This document shows, piece after piece, positions 31,779 to 43,423 of a stretch of 64,000 nucleotides of DNA. The first letter of the stretch is position 1; each line of letters begins with the position of its first letter. The translations under genes and the position numbers were made by a program. The notes beneath the pieces are model-generated. The model saw nothing but the letters and a program-made list of their open reading frames with translations. It was not told the DNA's origin and did not search any database. The DNA is from an uncultured Acidobacteriaceae bacterium (GTDB lineage Bacteria; Acidobacteriota; Terriglobia; Terriglobales; Acidobacteriaceae), in assembly GCA_963828115.1 (NCBI GenBank), contig CAWHDN010000022.1, forward strand, positions 5,592 through 69,591. Direction: 5' to 3'.

Positions 31779-32507
31779 CTACGCCCAGGCGTCCACCGTA
31801 ACAAACCGCGTCGCCGTCCCTCGCCGCGCCGTCAGCAGCCGATCCACCGCGCGCACCGTGTCCATCCGCGCCGCGCCCATCGCGCGATGTCCGCCATCGT
31901 GCAGCAGCAGATTAGCCCCACGTCCGCGCCTCTGCCAGCGTGCAATCCCGTTCTCCAGATTGCTCAGAATCCCCTCCGCCCCGATCGGATTCCAGTCGTA
32001 CCCCGTCACATTCCACATCACCGGCGTCAGCCCCAGCTCCCGCGCCGCGCGCAGCACCGCAGGCCGCCGCGCTCCGTACGGCGGGCGAAAGAACTTCACC
32101 GCCGCGCCCGTAATCTCCTCCAACGCGGCATTGCAATCCGCGATCTCCTGCCGCACCCGCGCCGCGCTCGCAGTCGACAGCCTCGGATGGCTCATCGTGT
32201 GGTTGCCCACAAGGTGACCTGCCGCCGCCACCTGCCGCACGATCTCCGGCCTCTCGCGCGCAAAGTTCCCCATGTTGAAGAATGTCGCGCGAACCACATG
32301 CCGCGCCAGCACCTCCAGCAGTTGCAATGTCGCCGCATCGTTCGGCCCATCGTCGAACGTCAGCGCAACCTCGTTCCCGTCGTCGCCCGCAATCAGCGTC
32401 CGCCCGAAGATCTGCGACGTGGGCCACAGCGACGCATACGCGAAGCCGCCAGCCGCCAGCCCCAGCGCCGCCGCCGCAATCGCACCGTCCACAATCGCCG
32501 AAGGCAT
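31779..32507 (-). CDS. Polysaccharide deacetylase (CE4/NodB)
   Basis: TFDDGP, NHTMSH, FRPPYG, LLHD. Confidence 0.9.
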   Translation of the reverse strand: MPSAIVDGAIAAAALGLAAGGFAYASLWPTSQIFGRTLIAGDDGNEVALTFDDGPNDAATLQLLEVLARHVVRATFFNMGNFARERPEIVRQVAAAGHLVGNHTMSHPRLSTASAARVRQEIADCNAALEEITGAAVKFFRPPYGARRPAVLRAARELGLTPVMWNVTGYDWNPIGAEGILSNLENGIARWQRRGRGANLLLHDGGHRAMGAARMDTVRAVDRLLTARRGTATRFVTVDAWA

Positions 32508-32509
32508 AG

Positions 32510-32998
32510 CTACTTCTTCCCCGCTGTCACGCTTTGCTTCAACAATTCAAAGACCTCCTCCGCATGTCCCGCCGGAGTCACCTTCTCAAAGACATGCAGC
32601 AGCCGCTGTCCCTTTCCCGTATCCGCCGAGATGAGATACGTCGTCCGCTCCACGCCCGTCACCGGCTTGCCATACATCGTCTTCTTCTTCAGCAGGTCGA
32701 ATCGCTTGATAAGCACCATCTCCGGATCGGCCAGCAGGTCATACGGCAGCTCGTACTTGTCTTTGAATTTTTTCTGCTTCGCCACCGTGTCGCGCGAGAC
32801 TCCCAGCACCGTAATCCCCGCCTTCTTGAACTTCGCAAACGCGTCGCGGAACCCGCAAGACTCCAGCGTGCAGCCCGGCGTATCGGCCCGCGGATAGAAG
32901 AACAGCACCACCGGCTTCGCCGCCAGACTCCGCAGCGAGACGCTAACCCCGTCCTGATTCAGCAGCGTAAAATCCGCAACCACATCGCCAATCTGCAT
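32510..32998 (-). CDS. bcp: Peroxiredoxin BCP/PrxQ
   Basis: FFYPRADTPGCTLESC, ERTTYLI, GHAEEV; RBS ggagg. Confidence 0.9.
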   Translation of the reverse strand: MQIGDVVADFTLLNQDGVSVSLRSLAAKPVVLFFYPRADTPGCTLESCGFRDAFAKFKKAGITVLGVSRDTVAKQKKFKDKYELPYDLLADPEMVLIKRFDLLKKKTMYGKPVTGVERTTYLISADTGKGQRLLHVFEKVTPAGHAEEVFELLKQSVTAGKK

Positions 32999-33040
32999 CT
33001 GCATCCTCCTCATGGAATTCTGTCGCTACTTCGCGCCCAA

Positions 33041-34045
33041 CTACTTCGCCGACAACGCCGCCAGCGTCTTCTCCAGCGTAGCCGAATCCTCCACATTCAT
33101 CGCCGCCACCGCGTCCTTGCCCTGGATCTGCTTCAGCAGCCCGCTCAGCACGCGCCCCGGCCCCACCTCGATGAACTGCGTCGCCCCCTCGGCTGCCAGC
33201 AGTTCGATGCACTCCACCCAGCGCACGGCTCCGGTCACCTGCGCAATCAGCGCCTCGCGCGCTGCATCGCCCGTCGCAATCAACGTCGCGTTCACATTCG
33301 CCGCCACCGGAAACTTCGGCGCGCGGAACTCCAACTCCGCCAGGTCCCGCGCCAGCGACTCCTGCGCCGGCTGCATCAGCACACAGTGGAAGGGCGCGCT
33401 CACCGGCAGCATCACCGCGCGCTTTGCCCCGGCCTGCTTGCACAGCTCCGCCGCCCGCTCCACCGCCGCCTTCGCTCCCGAGATCACCGTCTGCCCCGGC
33501 GAGTTCAGGTTTGCCGCCGACACCACCGCGCTTCCCGGCACAAAGTTCAGAACTTCAGGATCGCCCGGCAGCGGCGTCAACTTGTCCTCCACCTGCTCGC
33601 AGATCACCCGAATCAACTCCGCATCGAGTCCCAGGATCGCAGCCATCGCTCCCTCGCCCGCCGGAACCGCCTGCTGCATATACCGTCCGCGCAGCCGCAC
33701 CGCGCGCACCGCATCGGCAAAGCTCAGCGTTCCCGCCGACACGTATGCAGAGTACTCGCCCAGCGAGTGTCCCGCAGCCATCGCCGCCGTCACACCCGCC
33801 TCCATCAGCACGCGCGCCGCCGCGGTAGACACGGTCAGGATCGCCGGCTGCGTATGCTCGGTCAGCCGCAGCGTCTCCTCCGGCCCATCGAAGATCACCT
33901 GCGACAGCGCAAACCCCAGCGCCTCGTCGGCCTCCTCGAAGACCGCGCGCGCGGCGGCAAAGTTGTCGTAGAGATCGCGCCCCATGCCCACCGACTGTGA
34001 GCCCTGGCCGGGAAAGAGAAGTGCAATTGCGCTCTGTTGACTCAT
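33041..34045 (-). CDS. fabD: Malonyl-CoA:ACP transacylase
   Basis: FPGQGSQ, TQPAI, GHSLGEY, VSAPFH, EVGPG. Confidence 0.95.
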   Translation of the reverse strand: MSQQSAIALLFPGQGSQSVGMGRDLYDNFAAARAVFEEADEALGFALSQVIFDGPEETLRLTEHTQPAILTVSTAAARVLMEAGVTAAMAAGHSLGEYSAYVSAGTLSFADAVRAVRLRGRYMQQAVPAGEGAMAAILGLDAELIRVICEQVEDKLTPLPGDPEVLNFVPGSAVVSAANLNSPGQTVISGAKAAVERAAELCKQAGAKRAVMLPVSAPFHCVLMQPAQESLARDLAELEFRAPKFPVAANVNATLIATGDAAREALIAQVTGAVRWVECIELLAAEGATQFIEVGPGRVLSGLLKQIQGKDAVAAMNVEDSATLEKTLAALSAK

Positions 34046-34140
34046 CCCAACCATCTTAACCCATGCGTGCCTCTCAGCCCGCACCCCGCCTCGCGGTGAT
34101 ACACTCGTACTTGCATCTCCAAGGACTCGAAAATACCCCC

Positions 34141-34431
34141 ATGCTCATCTTCCTGGTAGTGGTTCACGTCATCATCTGTCTGTTTCTGATCGGAGTTGTG
34201 CTGCTGCAGCAGGGCAAGTCCGCCGACCTCGCCGGTGCCTTCGGCGGCCAGGGTTCGCAGACGGCCTTTGGCCCGCGCGGCGCGGCCAACCTGCTCACCA
34301 AGCTCACCACATGGGGCGCGGTACTCTTCATGGTCGTCTCCATCTCGCTCACCGTCATGCTCTCCCGCTCGCGCTCAGACAAATCCGTCCTCGCCGGCAC
34401 ACCAACCCAGCAGTCCGCACCAAAGAAATAG
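34141..34431 (+). CDS. secG: Preprotein translocase subunit SecG
   Basis: [22 protein letters not shown], two TMs. Confidence 0.93.
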   Translation: MLIFLVVVHVIICLFLIGVVLLQQGKSADLAGAFGGQGSQTAFGPRGAANLLTKLTTWGAVLFMVVSISLTVMLSRSRSDKSVLAGTPTQQSAPKK

Positions 34432-34440
34432 CCTCGCCAC

Positions 34441-34578
34441 AGAACCGGGTGCCCCATCCTCTCCACAGAACCGGGTGCCCCATCTTCGCGACGGCCTTAT
34501 CGTCGCTAAGGTGGGGTTCTTACCGCTAAGGTGGGGTTTTCACCACGAATGTGGGGTTCTCACCACGAATCCAGGTTC
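34441..34578 (+). repeat. Family B REP cluster with iterated head and tail segments
   Basis: cacagaaccgggtgccccatc twice; cgctaaggtggggtt twice; caccacgaat twice. Confidence 0.8.
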
Positions 34579-34581
34579 CCC

Positions 34582-35208
34582 ATGATCCACGAGATCCTTC
34601 CCGTCGGCGCGCTGCAATGCAACTGCTCCATCCTCGGCGACGAGGCCTCCGGCGAGGCTATCGTCGTCGATCCCGGAGACGAGGTTCTGCGCATCCTCGC
34701 CCTCCTCCAGCGACACAATCTCACCGTCAAGCAGATCCTCGTCACCCACGCGCACATCGACCACATCGCCGGAGCCGCGCGTCTCCAGGCCCTCACCGGT
34801 GCGCCCATCCTCTACAACAAGAACGACCTCCCGCTGGTCAGGATGATGGACGTCCAGGCCGGATGGCTCGGCAGCACCACCCCCGAAGTCCGCCCGCCCG
34901 ACGACACCCTCGACGACGGCAAGCTCATATCCATCACCAATCTCTCCGGCAGCATCCTCTACACCCCAGGCCACACCCAGGGCAGCGTCTGCCTCTACCT
35001 CCCCGACCAGAACCTCCTCCTCGCCGGCGACACCCTCTTCGCCGGCTCCGTCGGCCGCACAGACCTGCCCGGCGGAGACGGCCCAACCCTTCTCCGCTCC
35101 ATCCACAGCAAGCTGCTCCCACTGCCCGACTCCACCGTCGTCATCCCCGGCCACGGCCCGAAAACCACCATTGGCAACGAACGAGCGACCAATCCATTCC
35201 TTGCATAA
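34582..35208 (+). CDS. MBL-fold metallo-hydrolase (YcbL/glyoxalase II-like)
   Basis: THAHIDH, TPGHT, GDTLF.GSVGRTDLPGG, PGHGP. Confidence 0.9.
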   Translation: MIHEILPVGALQCNCSILGDEASGEAIVVDPGDEVLRILALLQRHNLTVKQILVTHAHIDHIAGAARLQALTGAPILYNKNDLPLVRMMDVQAGWLGSTTPEVRPPDDTLDDGKLISITNLSGSILYTPGHTQGSVCLYLPDQNLLLAGDTLFAGSVGRTDLPGGDGPTLLRSIHSKLLPLPDSTVVIPGHGPKTTIGNERATNPFLA

Positions 35209-35323
35209 TTCCCTTATAAACAATTATTTGCATGACTTATTGAAATTGCTAAACGAACTATTTCCCGACTCCGTTTATTACTTATGTTCATGCGAAACTT
35301 GAGCGTTTCCACAGGTGGAAAAC

Positions 35324-36495
35324 TCAGGCCGTGGCACGCTGAATGCTTACCGCAAACTCCTCGGCAGGCCCAATCAAACTCACCACAACGCGCCCCGCTT
35401 CACCCATTCCATAGAACGACCCTGGGTGCACGATCACGCCCCGCTCACGCGCCAGACGCTCCGCACACTCCGCCTCCCCGACGCAGCCCGGCAGCCCCAG
35501 CACCGCGCTCCAGCCCGCATCCACCTCCAGCACCTGTAGCCGTCCCGGTGACTCCCCCGCAACCCCCCGCAGCGTCGTCAGATTCCCCCGCGCCCGTTCC
35601 ACAATCTGCCCCTGAATCCCCGCCCGCCCCGCCAGCCACGACGCCATCGCCAACTGCACCGGCGCATTCATCGACAGAAATGTGTCCGCCACAATCTCCA
35701 GCCGCGCCAGCGCCTCGCCCCGTTCCCTCTCCGGCCCAAAGGCCGCGATCCACGCCGCCTTCATCTGCGGCAGCCCGGCGATCTTGCTCAACCCGCTCAG
35801 CACAAACGTCAGCGCCGGATGCGCCCCGCAGGCAAAACTTCGCGCTGCAGGCGTCAACTCGCGCAGCGGATAATCCAAAAAAACCTCGTCCACAATCAGC
35901 GCCAGCCCATGCCGCACACAGAGAGACTCCAGCCGCTTCCCGCTCGCCCGCGCCGGTCCAGTGTCCCGTCGGGTTGTTGGGATGCACCACCAGGATCGCT
36001 CGTGTCCGCGGCGTAATCGTCCGCTCCAACTCACTGAAATCGATCCACCAGCCGTGATCGTAAAACAGCGGGTAGGGTCGCAGCCGCACATCATCCAGAT
36101 CGGCCAGAAAGTCGAAGAGCGGGTAGCTCGGCTGTGCCACCAGGACCTCGTCGCCGGCGTCGCACAGCAGCCGGAACAGAAAGCTATAGCTCTCGCTTGT
36201 GCTTGTCGTCAGAACTAAATCGTCAACCGCAACCTCGGCCCCATGCCCCGCGTAGTAGCGCGCCACGGCCTCCCGCGCCGTCCGCATCCCGCGCGGATCG
36301 GGATCGTACACCAGCGCCCGCGGGTTCCGCAGCGGCCCAAGCAGCGCCTCCGCATCGTAGTCGGAATCCGCACCGCGTAGGGTTGGACACCGTCAGGTCG
36401 TACACGCGCCGCCCCGACGCGCGCGCCACTCTCACCGCGGCAGCGTAGCTGCTCTCGGAGGAGTCCCACGAGGTTCGTGTAGAGAATCGGCTCAC
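35324..36495 (-). CDS. PLP-dependent aminotransferase class I/II; two apparent +1 frameshifts (near 36363 and 35940)
   Basis: DLTVSNPT, PSYPLF, HPNNPTG, IVDEVF, LSGLSKIAGLPQ spread over three frames. Confidence 0.8.
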
Positions 36496-36700
36496 AGCTT
36501 CATGGTAGAGCATCAAACGTGCGCGGCCTCTCATTCACGCGGGTTGTCGGATCATCTCGGATCAGCTCGTCAACCTAAGGCACTTTCACTATTGGTGTAG
36601 AGGTAAATGAATTGTCATTCTGGCGACAGGCGGACTTGAATCCCCGAGGGATTGCTCGCGTAGCAAATGACCCACTTGCTATATCTTCGGTAAAACCAAC

Positions 36701-38564
36701 TTACTCCGCGTGCCCCAGCCCGTTCTCCTTGTAAGCCTTCTGTAGCACGAAGAACGCCGCCTTCTTCTTCCCCTGGTCCGACACCAGCCCCTTGCGGTTG
36801 AAGCCGTCCTGAATCCCCGGCAGTTCGCGCACCGGCGAGCGGAAGTCCATCAGTATCCACGGCGTCGTCCCGCGCAACTGCGGGATCTTGTTCAGCATCC
36901 CGATCTGGTGGCGATAGATCTCCGCCTGATACTCCTCGCTCCAGCGCTGGTCTGCGGCCCCATGCAGTCCAGCCTTTCGCTCCTCCGCCGAACTCGCTGG
37001 TAATCAGCGGCTTGTCGTATGCCACCTTCCACTCCATTGTGTCTGCCGTCTCGGGCGTTCCCTCATACCAACCCACGTACTCGTTGAATCCGATCACGTC
37101 CAGCGCCTTGCCCAGCGGATCGTCGATGTACTTGGTCTTCGCGTCCCCGCGCACCAGCAGCGCCGCCGTCACAAGCCGCGTCGGGTCCTCCTGGTGCACG
37201 AACTCCGCCGACCGCGTCAGGAACGCCGTGCGCGCAGCGTTGTTCGGTGTCTCGTTGGCAATCGACCACAGGATCACCGAAGCCTTGTCGCGGTCGCGCC
37301 GGATCTCCTCATGCAACTGCTGCTGCGACTTCGCGAATACATCTTCCTTCTCGAACTGGACCGCCCAATATACAGGCACCTCCGACCACACCAGAATCCC
37401 CAGCTTGTCCGCGGCCCGCGTCATCCTCTGGTCGTGCGGATAGTGCGCCAGCCGCACAAAGTTCCCGCCCAGATCCTTCACCCAGCCCAGCAGAGTGGCC
37501 ACGTCCCGGTCGTTGTTCACGCGCCCGGAGCGGAACGGCGCCTCGGCGTGGATGCATACGCCGTGCAGCACAATCGGTTTGCCGTTCAGCAGAATCTTCG
37601 TCCCCGTTGTCTCAATCGTTCGGAAGCCCATCTCGTCCGTCAGCGTGTCTGCTCCCGCCTTCAGCACCACGTGGTAGAGCTTCGGAGTCTCCGGAGACCA
37701 CAGGGTCAGCCCCGCCGCCGCCATGCTGATGGCGACCCGCCCGTCTGCATCCGTCACGCCCTCCGCATGCAGCTTCGCCGCCGGCAGATCGACCGTAACC
37801 TGGGTCCCCGCCTGCGCGCCCTCCACATGCACATACCCCTCGATCACGCTCCGCGTCGCCCGGTCCAGATGCAGCTCGAAGTCGTCGATAAAGCTCTCCG
37901 GCACCGTCACCAGCGAGACGTCGCGCGTCAGTCCGCCGTAGTTGTACCAATCCGTCTTCAATGTAGGAACGCCGTCGGCGATCCGTGTGCTGTCTACAAA
38001 AATGACCACGCTGTTGCTGCCCGCCTTCACCGCCTTTGTCGCCTCGCAGTCGAACGGCGTATACCCGCCCTCGTGCGCGCACAGCAGTTGCCCGTTCACC
38101 CACACGCGCGAGCGGTAGTTCGCCGCGCCGATGTGCAGGAACGTCCGGTGCCCCGCCTGCGGCTGATACTGGAAGTGCCGCTCGTACCAGAAGCCGCCCT
38201 CGTAGTTCAGCAGCGACACCCGCTGCGTGTTCCAGTCGCCCGGCACCTTGATCGTCGGGCTTTTGGCAAAGCTGTACTCCAGCAGCTTGTTGCTTCCCGC
38301 AGGCAGTTCCTCATCCATTGGGTAGCCGCTGCGTCCGCTCCCGCCGCCATTCAGGTATGGATCGAGGATGTAGTGCCACTCTCCGTTCAAACTCAGCGTC
38401 AGCCGCTGGTCGACAGCCACCAGCTCTGTCGAGGCCGGGGTCGAAGGCGCACTGGCGGGCCGCTGCGCGTGCAGCGCAGACGGACCAATGCAGACCAGGC
38501 ATACAAGTGACATCAACACCGCGCAAACGGCGGCCTTTGGCAGAACAATTCTCGTGTATGGCAT
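36701..38564 (-). CDS. Secreted GH2 beta-glucuronidase-like glycoside hydrolase; apparent +1 frameshift near 36976
   Basis: VRLAHYPH, WSIANE, SEFG, C-terminal NRKGL (N-K motif); RBS gaggag. Confidence 0.88.
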
Positions 38565-38715
38565 GGAACTCCTCGATGGGGCCGCAATCGGCCGCGCAGC
38601 CATCCTTTCACAACCGTACAGCAATGGGGAAGCGGCGGCGAAACCGGCGTAGAGGCACTCCCCAATCCGTCTTCCTCTCCGCATTCCTCCACCGAGCACC
38701 CGTCACACGCTCGGT

Positions 38716-39405
38716 TCAATCTCGACGCGCAGCCGGCATCTTCAGAAACTCCTGCACCCCAAGTGCCCGCGGCGTAAACCGGGCCTCCAGCATCGCGCCC
38801 TTGAAGTAGTCCCGCAGGTCGATACGTACTCCCGCCGACGAGTGTCCCGCAGACTGCGGTAGCAGCTTCACCGCCGCCTCGCCCTGCAACTCGTCGCCAA
38901 CGTAGTTGCGTAGAATCGTCCCGTCATACACCGCCGTCACGCGATACCACTGGCCCAGCGGATGCAGCTTCTCGCAGTTCAGCAACGCGGTGTGCTCGCC
39001 AGCCGACGCAGCGAAGCTGTCCAAACACCACTGTCCCTTCACTATGCGGATCTCAAACAGCATCCGATCTGCAATGTCAGCGCCCATCGCCGGGTCTCTC
39101 GCCTGTAGATGAAAGACACGCTGCGCCGCCGCGCCATCCGCGTCCGGGCGAAAGATCATCTCCCAGGTCCACGTCGATGCTCCCGCCAACGGATGCACAT
39201 CGACCAGCAGAGCATCGTCCACGCCGTTGAACGCGACCGCCTTGCCGTATTCCGTCGCAATCACCTGTGGATGGCCGAGTATCTTCGTCGCATGGCCGCC
39301 CAGCGCCGCCGTCTGGTCGAACCGCCAGACTTCCTGCGACCTCGCCGGCATAACGCACACGGCTCCCATCACCAGCACCAGGCGCCACTTCTCGAAGATT
39401 CGCAT
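38716..39405 (-). CDS. Exported LamG/concanavalin A-like domain protein
   Basis: Signal peptide; AVAFNGVDD, W..VTAVYDG..LRNYV, FKGAM. Confidence 0.75.
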   Translation of the reverse strand: MRIFEKWRLVLVMGAVCVMPARSQEVWRFDQTAALGGHATKILGHPQVIATEYGKAVAFNGVDDALLVDVHPLAGASTWTWEMIFRPDADGAAAQRVFHLQARDPAMGADIADRMLFEIRIVKGQWCLDSFAASAGEHTALLNCEKLHPLGQWYRVTAVYDGTILRNYVGDELQGEAAVKLLPQSAGHSSAGVRIDLRDYFKGAMLEARFTPRALGVQEFLKMPAARRD

Positions 39406-39558
39406 CCGTCCTCCCTCCCTCGCCTCAAGCTGCGGCAGCCATCCGTCTCCGCGCGCGCAGATGTACCCCATTCATTCCGCTTTCTCTGCGGAATGGGTAC
39501 TATCCAGGTCGCAACCCGGCGACCCCCTTCACTCTCGCTCCCGCATCGCCCCCACGCC

Positions 39559-41775
39559 TTACCTATGCGAAGCGCCCCCGCTGCCGCCCGACGCGCCGCC
39601 GCCGTTATTCGACGACGGAGGAGGAGAGTAAGTCTGCGCTGGCGGAGAGTAAGTCTGCGCCGGTGGAGAATATGTCTGCGCCGGTGGTGAATATGTCTGC
39701 GCCGGGGGTGAGTAAGATCGCGCAGGCTCGGAGTACGAAGGAGCAGGCGAGGAAGGCCGCGATGTGCTCCCCGCGCCGCTGTTATACGAGGGCGCAGGCG
39801 CGTTCGACCGCGCGCCGCCTCCGCCATTCGAGTAGGACGCCCCGCTCTGCGCGCCGCCATAGCTCACCGTGCCACGCGCCGCAGGATAGCCATTTCCGCC
39901 CCCGCCCAGCGGCACCGCCACCGTGCTCTGCCTGCCGTTCTCCGTCACCGGCCGCGACACAGAGAAGCTCTGCGTCTTGCGATCGAACGTGATGGGCATC
40001 CCCGGTTGCCTCATCGCCACTCCTGATTCCACCGCGGACCCGGCCTTCACCGTACCCCTGGCGATCAGGGAGTTGCCCGCCGATGCGCCCCTGTTCTGCT
40101 GCCCCGCATTGAACGCCGTATGCGCCTCCGCGTGCGGCGCCTCCGCGATCTTCAGCGGTTCCAGCACCGGCTTGCGAAATTCTTTGGGCGCTTCAGCCAT
40201 CGCCTCCACCGGCTTGCCCTCCTTGAAGTTGACCCGCTGCACGGTGATGGAATCCCCCTTCTTTGTTGGTTTGAAGAGGCCATCCCTCATGTTGACCGGG
40301 ATCTTGCCCGCCACGTCCCTGGGATGCAGTGGCACAAAGCCAACCTCGCGCCCGCTCTTCACCCAGCGGAAGGGCGGATGATGGTGCCGCTTGGTTCCCG
40401 CCACCCACACATAGTGGTGCTGCCAGCGGATCCAGCTCCCCGAATGGCACACCGCCCAATCCCAGCCGTCATTGAACATTCCGCCATACCCCAAATTAAA
40501 TAGCGGAACTCCCCCATGGAATTGTGGCCCGAATCGCGGATATCCCGCAAACAGTGGATAAAAGCTGTTCGTGTCAAAGTAGCTATCGACCACGACTTCC
40601 TTCCCGGTCACAGGGTCTATGGCCATCAGATCGGAGATCGCATAATCAACGCATGGAATCGTGTAGTCCTCGGTCCACATCGTTGCTCCGGGATGGCTCG
40701 CCAGATACGCATCCGCCTTGGACAATTTCCCGGAGCCCTTCGGCGCGCCAGTCATGCTGGGCGCAGCAACGGCAGAGTCCTGGTCGCCGCTCACTGCCAC
40801 GCGTTCCACCGGTGCAGCCGGCTGTGTGGCGTCCTGAGCGGCGGGCTGTGTCTCAGCCTGCGCGCGTCCTGTGCCGGAGGCCGTCGCGGACGGCGCTTCT
40901 ACCTGCGGTCCCTCAGCCTTGTGCCCAGTCCATCCCTCGGTCGGCTCCCAGCACATTCCATACGGCTCGCACGCAAAGAACTTCCCCTTCCCGCTCATCT
41001 CCGCCAGTCCCGGAATCGGTTCCGTCAGCCCTGCCTCCTTCATCGTGACCGCCAGCTCTACATCGCGCGCCGACACCCGCCGCGCCACCCAACTGTCCCA
41101 TTCAACCATCGCAGCCGCATCCAGCTCCGGCGTCGGCACCGGCCGCCCATTGTGTACGGTAACCGTCCTTCCAACGGCATTCTCGATAGGTGAGTACCAG
41201 GCCGCATCCTGCTGCGGTGTCACCGCAATGGCATCCAGGTAGCTGTTGATGCGCAGGTACGCCTTCTTCGGATACACCACCGAGAAGCTGTCGCCGGGAG
41301 TGAAGATCCGGAAGCTCTCGCCCGGCAGCAGGCTCTGCACATTCATGGTCGCCGTGCCGGTCAGCAGCACAAGCTCGGTGTATGGGACCCCGCTTGTCGT
41401 GCTCAGTTGGTTGAACCGCAACACCGAGTTCTCGCCCAGGTAGACGACCGATGCGTCCTCGAACTCGATCTCCGCCCGCCCCGTGCCGGTCGCCAGGCTG
41501 TAGCCCGTCTCCAGCGGCAGGTTGGCCGCGGCCTGCTCCCATCCGGTGGCAGCGTCCGGCTCTTGTTCCTGCAGCTTCTCGGCCTCTTTGCCGCGCGCCA
41601 CGCGCACGTCCCCCTGCACATAGCTCAGCCGCACGATCTGCGGATAGGTTGTAACGACAGGGGCTTTTGCGGCAGGCTCCGCGGCCCTGCCCGTTGCAAC
41701 AGACGCAGTTTGAACGGCGGTAAATGCTCCGAACAGCGCCAGAATCGGTAGAGAACGACGGCAGGCAACGCGCAT
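39559..41775 (-). CDS. Exported FecR-domain / DUF6600-like protein with Ser/Pro-rich tail
   Basis: VRLSYVQGDV, NLPLETGYSLATGTGRAEIEFED, WDSWV..R, YGMCWEP, WDWAVCHSGSW, VGFVPLHP. Confidence 0.75.
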   Translation of the reverse strand: MRVACRRSLPILALFGAFTAVQTASVATGRAAEPAAKAPVVTTYPQIVRLSYVQGDVRVARGKEAEKLQEQEPDAATGWEQAAANLPLETGYSLATGTGRAEIEFEDASVVYLGENSVLRFNQLSTTSGVPYTELVLLTGTATMNVQSLLPGESFRIFTPGDSFSVVYPKKAYLRINSYLDAIAVTPQQDAAWYSPIENAVGRTVTVHNGRPVPTPELDAAAMVEWDSWVARRVSARDVELAVTMKEAGLTEPIPGLAEMSGKGKFFACEPYGMCWEPTEGWTGHKAEGPQVEAPSATASGTGRAQAETQPAAQDATQPAAPVERVAVSGDQDSAVAAPSMTGAPKGSGKLSKADAYLASHPGATMWTEDYTIPCVDYAISDLMAIDPVTGKEVVVDSYFDTNSFYPLFAGYPRFGPQFHGGVPLFNLGYGGMFNDGWDWAVCHSGSWIRWQHHYVWVAGTKRHHHPPFRWVKSGREVGFVPLHPRDVAGKIPVNMRDGLFKPTKKGDSITVQRVNFKEGKPVEAMAEAPKEFRKPVLEPLKIAEAPHAEAHTAFNAGQQNRGASAGNSLIARGTVKAGSAVESGVAMRQPGMPITFDRKTQSFSVSRPVTENGRQSTVAVPLGGGGNGYPAARGTVSYGGAQSGASYSNGGGGARSNAPAPSYNSGAGSTSRPSSPAPSYSEPARSYSPPAQTYSPPAQTYSPPAQTYSPPAQTYSPPPSSNNGGGASGGSGGASHR
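39620..39715 (-). repeat. 21-bp coding tandem repeat (YSPPAQT x4.5)
   Basis: Units start at 39620, 39641, 39662, 39683 and 39704 on the plus strand. Confidence 0.9.
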
Positions 41776-41805
41776 GGCGGCCCTCCATGTTACTTGCAGC
41801 AAATT

Positions 41806-43316
41806 CTACTCCGCCTCGCTCCCCCGCGCGGCATTCGACCTCCGCGCTCCTCTCCCATAGACCGCCGCCCCCACCAGGTTCAGCGCCAGCGAAACCCCAG
41901 CCACCTTCCCTGCGAAGGCCCACTTGCTGGCCACGTCCACAATCGGCAGCAGGTTGAATCCCATCGCCACCGCCGTCACCGCCAGCCCGCTCACCGCGCC
42001 CAGCTTCAGCCAACCCCCTGCCCGCACCGCGAACCGCCCGCCCACCACCAGCGGGATCGCGAACATCATCAGGTAGTAGACCCCGTAAAAAATATTCCCC
42101 GCCGAATTGATCAGCTGGAACGCCTCCTGCGCGCCTGTCCCATAGGTCGCCAGTACGCCCACCCCAATCGCCACCAGCACGATCGCCGCAATCGACCGGG
42201 TCGGCGTCTTCCATCGCGGGTCGAGCCGCGTGAACCACGCCGGAACCATCCCGTCCCATCCCGTCACCATCGGCAACCGGCTGGTCTCGGCCACCATCAC
42301 CACATACTGCGCCACCAGCGACACTGCCAGCGCCAGGATCGTCGCCCGCCCCAGCACCAGCCCCCAATCGACACCACCGCTGAAGGCTCCACCGCCGCCC
42401 GCCGCCGCCGCCCCGCCGAACGCCGCCGCCAGCACCTGCGGAATCGGTCCCGTCAGGTCCACCTTCGCCGCCGGAATATACGCCAGCATCGCGCCCGACA
42501 TCAGGATGTAGATCACCGCAATCACCGGGGCCGCAATCCACGCCGACAGCATGATCGTCCGCCCCGCGTCCCGCGTCTCGCCCGCAAACACCGCCACCTG
42601 CTCCAGCCCGGTCAGCGCGTTGAACGCGATCTTGGTCAGGATGTTCACGCTGAACAGTGTCAGCACCGGCATCGCCAGGCTGAACGGCCTCTGCGGGTTC
42701 ACATGCGGATGCAGCGCGCTGGCATGGGGATGGAAGAACAGCAGCCCCATCAGCAGCACCGTCACCATCACCGTCACCAGGGTGCCAAAGTGCGAAACCC
42801 ACCGCCCGATCCCGAACCCCGGCAGGTTCACCAGAAGGATCAACAGGAACAACCCCACCGTCAGTTCCAGAATCAGCGTGTGATTGTCCTCCATCCACGC
42901 CGCCCGCGTCCCCAGCCCATAACTCAGGCTGGTCGCCGTCATAATTCCCACGTTCGACACCGCCAGCAGCGCCCACAACCCGAAGTTCCACGCGCTCATG
43001 AACCCCGCGAACGGCCCCAGCGCGAACTTCGTCCACTGGTAGACTCCGCCCTCCAGCGGCCACACCCGGGCGCACCATCCCACCACCGCGGCCAGCGGCA
43101 CAAACATCGTCAGAATCCCAGCCAGCCAGAACCAGATGTGCGTCCCGCCCTGTTTGGCCGCGGTCCCCGCCCAGGTGATCCCCACCACCAGCAGGATCTG
43201 CATCGGCACCAGGTCCCGCAGCCCCAGCTTCCGCCGCAGCGCATGGCTCTGTCCTGCCCATCGCCCGTAGCCTGCCCAACGCCCTCCGCCGCCATCTCTT
43301 CCGCGCTATCGTTCAA
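41806..43316 (-). CDS. APC-family amino acid permease; apparent -1 frameshift near 43257, start uncertain
   Basis: LRRKLGLRDLV, PLEGGVYQW, GLEQ..VFAGE, many TMs; no start in frame before an upstream TAG unless one G is added. Confidence 0.8.
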
Positions 43317-43388
43317 TCCACAACCCCATCATCATTGTCGCTCCAGCGAGAGAGCAATCTCCGAATTTTAATGGAGCAAAAAATGAGT

Positions 43389-43423
43389 TGTCATTCTGAG
43401 CGAAGCGAAGAATCCCCGCATTT
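43389..43423 (+). repeat. Family A REP
   Basis: tgtcattctgagcgaagcgaagaatccccgcattt. Confidence 0.85.

Noticed and set aside
34441-34578. Possible CRISPR or tRNA after secG
   Set aside because: Iterated family B fragments; no cloverleaf or T-loop GTTC motif seen.
35209-35323. AT-rich gap with tttccacaggtggaaa, possible replication origin
   Set aside because: Only one imperfect DnaA-box-like word, no skew switch and no origin-linked genes.
41102-43371. 725-aa and 525-aa ORFs overlapping the APC permease
   Set aside because: Gly/Arg-rich alternate-frame and antisense artefacts of high-GC skewed codon usage.
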